A DNA stretch of 64,000 bases from an uncultured Tateyamaria sp. (GTDB lineage Bacteria; Pseudomonadota; Alphaproteobacteria; Rhodobacterales; Rhodobacteraceae): contig NZ_CANNCF010000005.1 in assembly GCF_947503045.1 (NCBI RefSeq), positions 47,085 to 111,084 on the forward strand. The letters are read 5' to 3'. Of this stretch, positions 59,537-64,000 are shown in pieces. The position numbers and the translations under genes were made by a program. Numbering within the stretch: the stretch's first letter is position 1; each line of letters opens with the position of its first letter. The notes under the pieces are model-generated. The model ran no database searches. It worked only from the letters and a program-made list of their open reading frames with translations, and was not told the origin of the DNA.

Positions 59537-59866
59537 GGGGGATATCCTCTCTTGTCGTTCAGGTCATTCAACGGACAGCGCGCAACAGGCCCAGACGCAT
59601 TTGGACCCTGCCGGTTGCCTGTTGGTGGTGGCCTGGTCGGGCGCGCGTTCAATCATGTGGTGAACACCAATCTATGTGGCAGAAGAGGGCGCGGTACATA
59701 TCCCCATCGCGGTAGCAGCGTCGCCCGGTTTTGCACAATTTCTGTGCTTCGGGGGAATATACGGTGTGCGACACCTGCGGCACAAAAAGACCCAAAGCTG
59801 CCATGACCCGTCCCTATCCTGCACGTGTGCTGCGTCCTGATTGTGTGACAGACGAGGAGAAATCAC

Positions 59867-60723
59867 ATGAACATCATGCCCAATTCACAAGAAGCCCGCG
59901 ACATCGCTTATCACATGCACGCCTACACCAACGCCGCGCGCCATGCCGAAATTGGGCCGACGGTCATGACCGGCGGCGAGGGCATCTATGTCAAGGACAA
60001 CACCGGCAAGCGTTACATCGAAGCGATGGCAGGCCTTTGGAGCGTCGCGGTCGGGTTCAGCGAGCAGCGCCTGATCGATGCGGCGACGCGGCAGATGCAG
60101 GCCCTGCCATTTTACCACAACTTTACCCACAAGTCGCACGGACCGGCCATCGACCTTGCCGAACGGCTGATCAATATGGCGCCCGTCCCGATGAGCAAGG
60201 TGCACTACACCAACTCCGGCTCCGAGGCCAACGACACGATCATGAAACTGATCTGGTACCGCTCTAATGCGATGGGCAAGCCGGAAAAGAAAAAGATCAT
60301 TTCCCGCGAGCGGGCCTATCACGGTGTAACGGTGGGTGCAGCCAGCCTCAGCGGTCTGCCCTACATGCAGCAATCCTTTGATCTGCCGATTCCGGGGATT
60401 TTTCACACCACCTGTCCGCACTACTGGAAAGAGGGCCGCGACGGAGAAAGCGAAGAGCAATTCGCCACGCGTTGCGCGCAGGATCTGGACAATCTCATTC
60501 AAGCCGAAGGCCCCGAGACCGTTGCCGCCTTCTATTCCGAGCCGTTGATGGGCGCAGGCGGAGTCATCATTCCGCCCAAGACCTATTGGGAGAAAATCCA
60601 GGCCGTTCTCGACAAGTACGACATCCTGCTGGTGGCGGACGAAATCATCTGTGGGTTCGGCCGCACCGGGAAGATGTTTGGGAGTGAGACATTTGGCATC
60701 AGGCCGGATGTGATGATTATGTC
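59867..60723 (+). pseudogene. Class III aminotransferase, C-terminally truncated
   Basis: YIEAMAGLW, SGSEAND, YHGVT, EPLMGAGG, ADEIICGFGRTG, ending at PDVMIMS where the PLP-Lys region begins; roughly the last third is missing. Confidence 0.85.
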
Positions 60724-61740
60724 ACCGAAGCAGCCCTGTTGTCACGTGAGACCAAAACACCGGTGCGCGTACAATGGACGCGGAAAGACGACGTAAAGCA
60801 CTCGTTCTATCACACCATCTCGGCGCAAAAGATCGAAGTGGCGCTGGACGAAGCGGGCAAGGTCACCGGGTGGCATCATCGGGCGGTCCAACCGTCGATC
60901 CTGTCAACCTTTGCACCTGATGAAGGCAACGTTTTGCCGCTTGAGCAGGGTATGGGACTGACCGATTTGCCATTCGACATCCCGAACATCCGGGCCGAGA
61001 ACGGTAAGGCTTTGGCGCACACACGGATCGGCTGGTTCCGAGCCGTGTCGAACCTGCCGCATGCCTGGGCGATTGGGTCCTTTGTCGGAGAATTGGCCGA
61101 TGAACTGGGCAAGGATCAGCTGACCATGTGGCTGGAATTGCTCGGGACACCGCGCAAGCTGGACTATGCCGAAGCTGCGTTCCCAGAGAACTTCTGGAAC
61201 TATGGCGAGTCCTGGGACGAGTTCCCGATCGACACGGGCCGGATGGCCGACACGCTGAAGCTGGCCGCGGATGGCATCGGTTATGGCAAGGAGCTGCCGC
61301 CGGGTGAAGGGATTGGCCTCGCTGTGCATCGCAGCTTTGTGTCGTACGTGGCCTGCGCCGTGCATCTGAAGATCGTGGATGGCACCATCACCATCCCCGA
61401 AATGCACATGGCCATCGATTGCGGATTTGCCGCCAATCCCGAACGTATCGAAAGCCAGATGCAGGGCGCGGCCGTCATGGGCATGACCACGGCACTGCAT
61501 TCCGGGATCACCTTTGAGGACGGCGCGGTCGTGCAGGAGAACTTCTACGACTACGACGTTGTGCGGGCGGATAACTTCCCCCGCAAGGTTGTGACGCACA
61601 TCGCCAAGCACCCGTTCTCGGTGCCCGCGACAGGTGTAGGAGAGCCCGGCCTGCCACCGGTTCCGCCAGCCATCGCCAACGCGCTCTTCGCCGCGACAGG
61701 CGAACGGCGGCGTCGGCTGCCACTGGGCCTCGATGCATAA
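60715..61740 (+). pseudogene. Xanthine dehydrogenase/IorB-like molybdopterin-binding subunit, N-terminally truncated
   Basis: YVTEAALLSRETKTPVRVQWTRKDD, IGWFRAV, IESQMQGAAVMG, GVGEPGLPPVPPAIANALFAATG; no own start or N-terminal half. Confidence 0.85.
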
Positions 61741-61742
61741 AA

Positions 61743-61787
61743 CAAAAAAACCCCCCGCTGCGACCTGGTGCGCAGCGGGGGGTTTTA
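61743..61787 (+). terminator. Intrinsic terminator
   Basis: aaaaccccccgctgcg...cgcagcggggggtttt. Confidence 0.8.
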
Positions 61788-61882
61788 TCCGACCAGCAGT
61801 GAAGCGGTCCTGCATCAGATTGACAGATTAGGTGTTCTTCGTTTCGTGACCTCACCATCGTGGTACCCGGTCCAGAATCAAG

Positions 61883-61912
61883 AAGGGGGAGCCTGCAATA
61901 GGCTCCCCCTTC
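61883..61912 (-). terminator. Intrinsic terminator of the YHS gene
   Basis: aagggggagcct-gcaat-aggctccccctt. Confidence 0.75.
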
Positions 61913-61928
61913 TTTGTATTTCGCGCTC

Positions 61929-62417
61929 TTACAGGTCAGTTGCAGCAGTGCTGCGAATGTTGACCCAGTTTTCGTCCGCTTTGGTAATGATGCCTGTTTT
62001 GTCTTCCATGAACTGGTTCAGAACGTCGCCGTTCAGGAAAACGTACAGCTTGCCGTCGACAACAGCCGAGTACTCGGGGTTGCCGTCCAGTTTCTTGGCG
62101 AAGGCCACGCCGAATGTGCAGAAGCCGCCGTTCTGAGGCATGTACTTGGCGGGGCTCGCTTCGAACGCGGCTTTGTTGGCTTCGCTTGTGAAGTAATAGG
62201 CAACGCCATCATAGGCGGCAAAGAACTGAGGATCGCCGTCCACTTGCGTGCCGTCCAGCAGGGCAACGGGGTCAGCGCCGTGCAGGCCCAGCGGTGCGCC
62301 AGCATAGGTCATGCCGGGTGCTACATTGAATTCATCGGCGGCAAAGGCGGGGGTCATGGCGAAAGCTGCGCCCAGCAGAGACAGTGCGACGACGCCGGAT
62401 GTTGCGAGGTTTTTCAT
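61929..62417 (-). CDS. Exported YHS-domain protein (YHS/selenoprotein-like family)
   Basis: Signal peptide; LHGADPV, YYFTSEANKAAFEASPAKYMPQNGGFCTFG, VVDGKLYVF. Confidence 0.85.
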   Translation of the reverse strand: MKNLATSGVVALSLLGAAFAMTPAFAADEFNVAPGMTYAGAPLGLHGADPVALLDGTQVDGDPQFFAAYDGVAYYFTSEANKAAFEASPAKYMPQNGGFCTFGVAFAKKLDGNPEYSAVVDGKLYVFLNGDVLNQFMEDKTGIITKADENWVNIRSTAATDL

Positions 62418-62464
62418 AGGTCTATCCTTTTAGAGGTTTGGTCGTGAGTGGTAGCTTGCAGGTA

Positions 62465-62480
62465 TCTATCTACAGATAGA
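62465..62480. promoter_or_regulatory. Palindrome TCTATCT-AC-AGATAGA (TCTA-N8-TAGA) upstream of the YHS gene
   Basis: Perfect 7-bp arms, about 50 bp upstream of the start. Confidence 0.65.
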
Positions 62481-62558
62481 ATTTGTAGAGATACGGGTGG
62501 TGCAGCAAGTCAAACATTCGTTACCGATCGGTTCCGAATTCTGAGCGAGCAAACTGGC

Positions 62559-63026
62559 CTAGTTGTTTGTGTGAGAATCGTAGACTTTGCCGCTGATTTT
62601 CCATGCACCTTCCTCTTTGTAGAGGATGAAGAAGTCGGTGAATCTGTTGCCGCCCCAGTCAATGAATTCGACGCGCGCGGCTGCGGCAGGACCTGATACG
62701 TTGATCCACGCGATGTGGTGGCGCACGTTTTCTGACGGGCCGCCTTCGGCCACGGCGCCTGCAAATGTATCGGCGTCCAGATTGTACACCGTGCCGCCAA
62801 TCGAACCCAGGATATGTGCATGGTCATAAAAGGCGGAGCGCGTTAGAGGGCCTTCGCCTGTGCGCGCCGCTGTGATGTAGGGTTGCAGGGCTTCTTCGAT
62901 GGCGGCGTATTCGTCAAAGCTTTGTTGTTCAACAATTTTATCGTCTTCAGACGCGTAGACCGCTTGCAGTGGCAGGGCCAGCAGGCTGAATGCAAGTGCG
63001 GTACTCTTGAGTGTCTTACCAAGCAT
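62559..63026 (-). CDS. NTF2-like protein with signal peptide (paralog of 56934-57353)
   Basis: MLGKTLKSTALAFSLLALPLQAVYA signal; hand alignment gives 79/120 identical residues with the 56934 protein. Confidence 0.85.
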   Translation of the reverse strand: MLGKTLKSTALAFSLLALPLQAVYASEDDKIVEQQSFDEYAAIEEALQPYITAARTGEGPLTRSAFYDHAHILGSIGGTVYNLDADTFAGAVAEGGPSENVRHHIAWINVSGPAAAARVEFIDWGGNRFTDFFILYKEEGAWKISGKVYDSHTNN

Positions 63027-63068
63027 TTTGTTTCCTTTCAGGGAGGGTGATCGTGAGCGGTGGATGCG

Positions 63069-63365
63069 TCAGCTGAATGCGTGGGAATCCCAGGCTTTGC
63101 TTTCGATCATCCAGGTCTTGTCGTGCTTTTGCAGCACGTAGAGATCCGTGAACGACGAGCCTGTGCAATCGGTGAACTCCACCAGTGCTGCGGCTTCGTC
63201 TCCGACCAGATCAATCGAGGACACATGGTGCGCCCGGTCGTGGCAGGGCTGCGTTGAAGGGGTCGATGCCTCGATGGACTCGGTGAGGAGATTTTCGATG
63301 ATGGAGATATCAGCGCTAAGAACGCTGTCGATCAGTTGCGAAGGTGCGGAGCGTGATGCAAGCAT
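63069..63365 (-). CDS. Short divergent NTF2-like protein (possibly degenerate)
   Basis: C-terminal GDEAAALVE...FTDLYVLQKHDKTWMIESKAWDSH matches the paralogs; N-terminal half is shorter and divergent. Confidence 0.6.
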   Translation of the reverse strand: MLASRSAPSQLIDSVLSADISIIENLLTESIEASTPSTQPCHDRAHHVSSIDLVGDEAAALVEFTDCTGSSFTDLYVLQKHDKTWMIESKAWDSHAFS

Positions 63366-63396
63366 GGCCTTATCCTTTCAGCTACAATGTCTAACT

Positions 63397-63416
63397 TCTA
63401 TCTATATGCATGTAGA
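63397..63416. promoter_or_regulatory. TCTA-TCTA-N8-TAGA candidate TetR operator
   Basis: TCTATCTAtatgcatgTAGA, about 30 bp upstream of the 63365 start. Confidence 0.6.
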
Positions 63417-63719
63417 AAATCTGTGTAGGGTGAAAGTCGACTCCTCACAGAAAGTTCAATCACAGGTGTTCTGATGCGCCTGACGGTCATTCCCGAGAAG
63501 GTTGGCGAGGGGACCTATCTGCCTGCCCAAATGTAATGACAGCAATGCTGCAGCAGCAGCAAAGCTCAGCCCAGCAGGCGTTTGAGATATGACTTGCGTG
63601 CCTTGGCCGTGCTGTCTGAAAACGGATGCGCGTGGTGCAGCGCCGGATGTCATGCGGCGCGCATCAAGTGCGACACCTGTAACAAACGACAGTTCGGGGA
63701 ATGGGTGACGCGTTGACGC

Positions 63720-63998
63720 TTACGCTTTTTCAGCCGCGTCTTGGGCGGCCTTCGCCATGTCCCGTAGGCCATTGGCGAGGACCAACACATCGATTCCCAC
63801 CGCAACGAATGTCGCTTTGTGAGCGAGGCACTCAACAATGAAGCCTTGATCCAGTGTCAAAATGCCCGGCGCCTTTCCACTGGCCGCGATCTGGTCGATG
63901 GCGTCCAGAACGATGGCCCTGATCTCGGGTGCATCCGCTGTCGGCGCAAAGCCCAGATCGACGGACAGATCAGCCGGGCCAATGAAAACGCCATCAAC
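63720..63998 (-). CDS. HpcH/HpaI aldolase family, C-terminal part (runs off the window)
   Basis: VDGVFIGPADLSVDLG...AIDQIAASGKAPGIL...FVAVGID. Confidence 0.88.
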   Translation of the reverse strand, partial: VDGVFIGPADLSVDLGFAPTADAPEIRAIVLDAIDQIAASGKAPGILTLDQGFIVECLAHKATFVAVGIDVLVLANGLRDMAKAAQDAAEKA

Positions 63999-64000
63999 AC

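Noticed and set aside
1003-61815. Long antisense or alternate-frame ORFs in the track (e.g. 1003-2025, 20570-21589, 29384-30412, 33505-34866, 53832-54938, 60904-61815)
   Set aside because: They shadow well-supported genes on the other strand and show no motifs; this is expected in GC-rich DNA.
63456-63653. 65-aa ORF downstream of the aldolase gene
   Set aside because: No RBS or motif; likely spurious.
1-64000. CRISPR array, tRNA/rRNA, integrase, prophage, retron or DGR
   Set aside because: I saw no regularly spaced repeats, RNA gene signatures, cas, RT or integrase ORFs by eye. A covariance-model scan (Infernal, tRNAscan) was not run.

Overview
GC-rich alphaproteobacterial DNA. Gene content and order resemble Rhodobacteraceae/Roseobacter-group accessory, chromid or plasmid DNA (inference). 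I found no rRNA, tRNA, CRISPR array, prophage or intact mobile element. The window is a mosaic of small modules. In order: a hydrolase/FG-GAP(ASPIC-UnbV) operon; a sugar ABC transporter with a soluble GAF kinase and response regulator; an AT-richer sialidase-like islet; amt; a membrane Ser/Thr kinase; an ECF42-YciI module; a two-component system with HbpS/GlcG and ankyrin genes; a PiT transporter; a GlcNAc/MurNAc (murQ-nagA) cluster; ion transporters with an ECF/anti-sigma pair; a LysR-TRAP-GGT-DUF1445 cluster; and a split TetR module with three NTF2-like genes, an AhpD-like gene and a YHS gene. The most notable hand-read signals are regulatory motifs: a recurrent TCTA-N8-TAGA box marking a likely undescribed TetR regulon, an 18-bp palindrome at identical distance upstream of two operons, twin ECF-type promoters, and 11-bp-period NagQ-like repeats. 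There are also several deletion scars, including a microhomology junction fusing an aminotransferase to a molybdoenzyme fragment and two internally collapsed genes. All family assignments come from motif recognition by eye; no database search was run.
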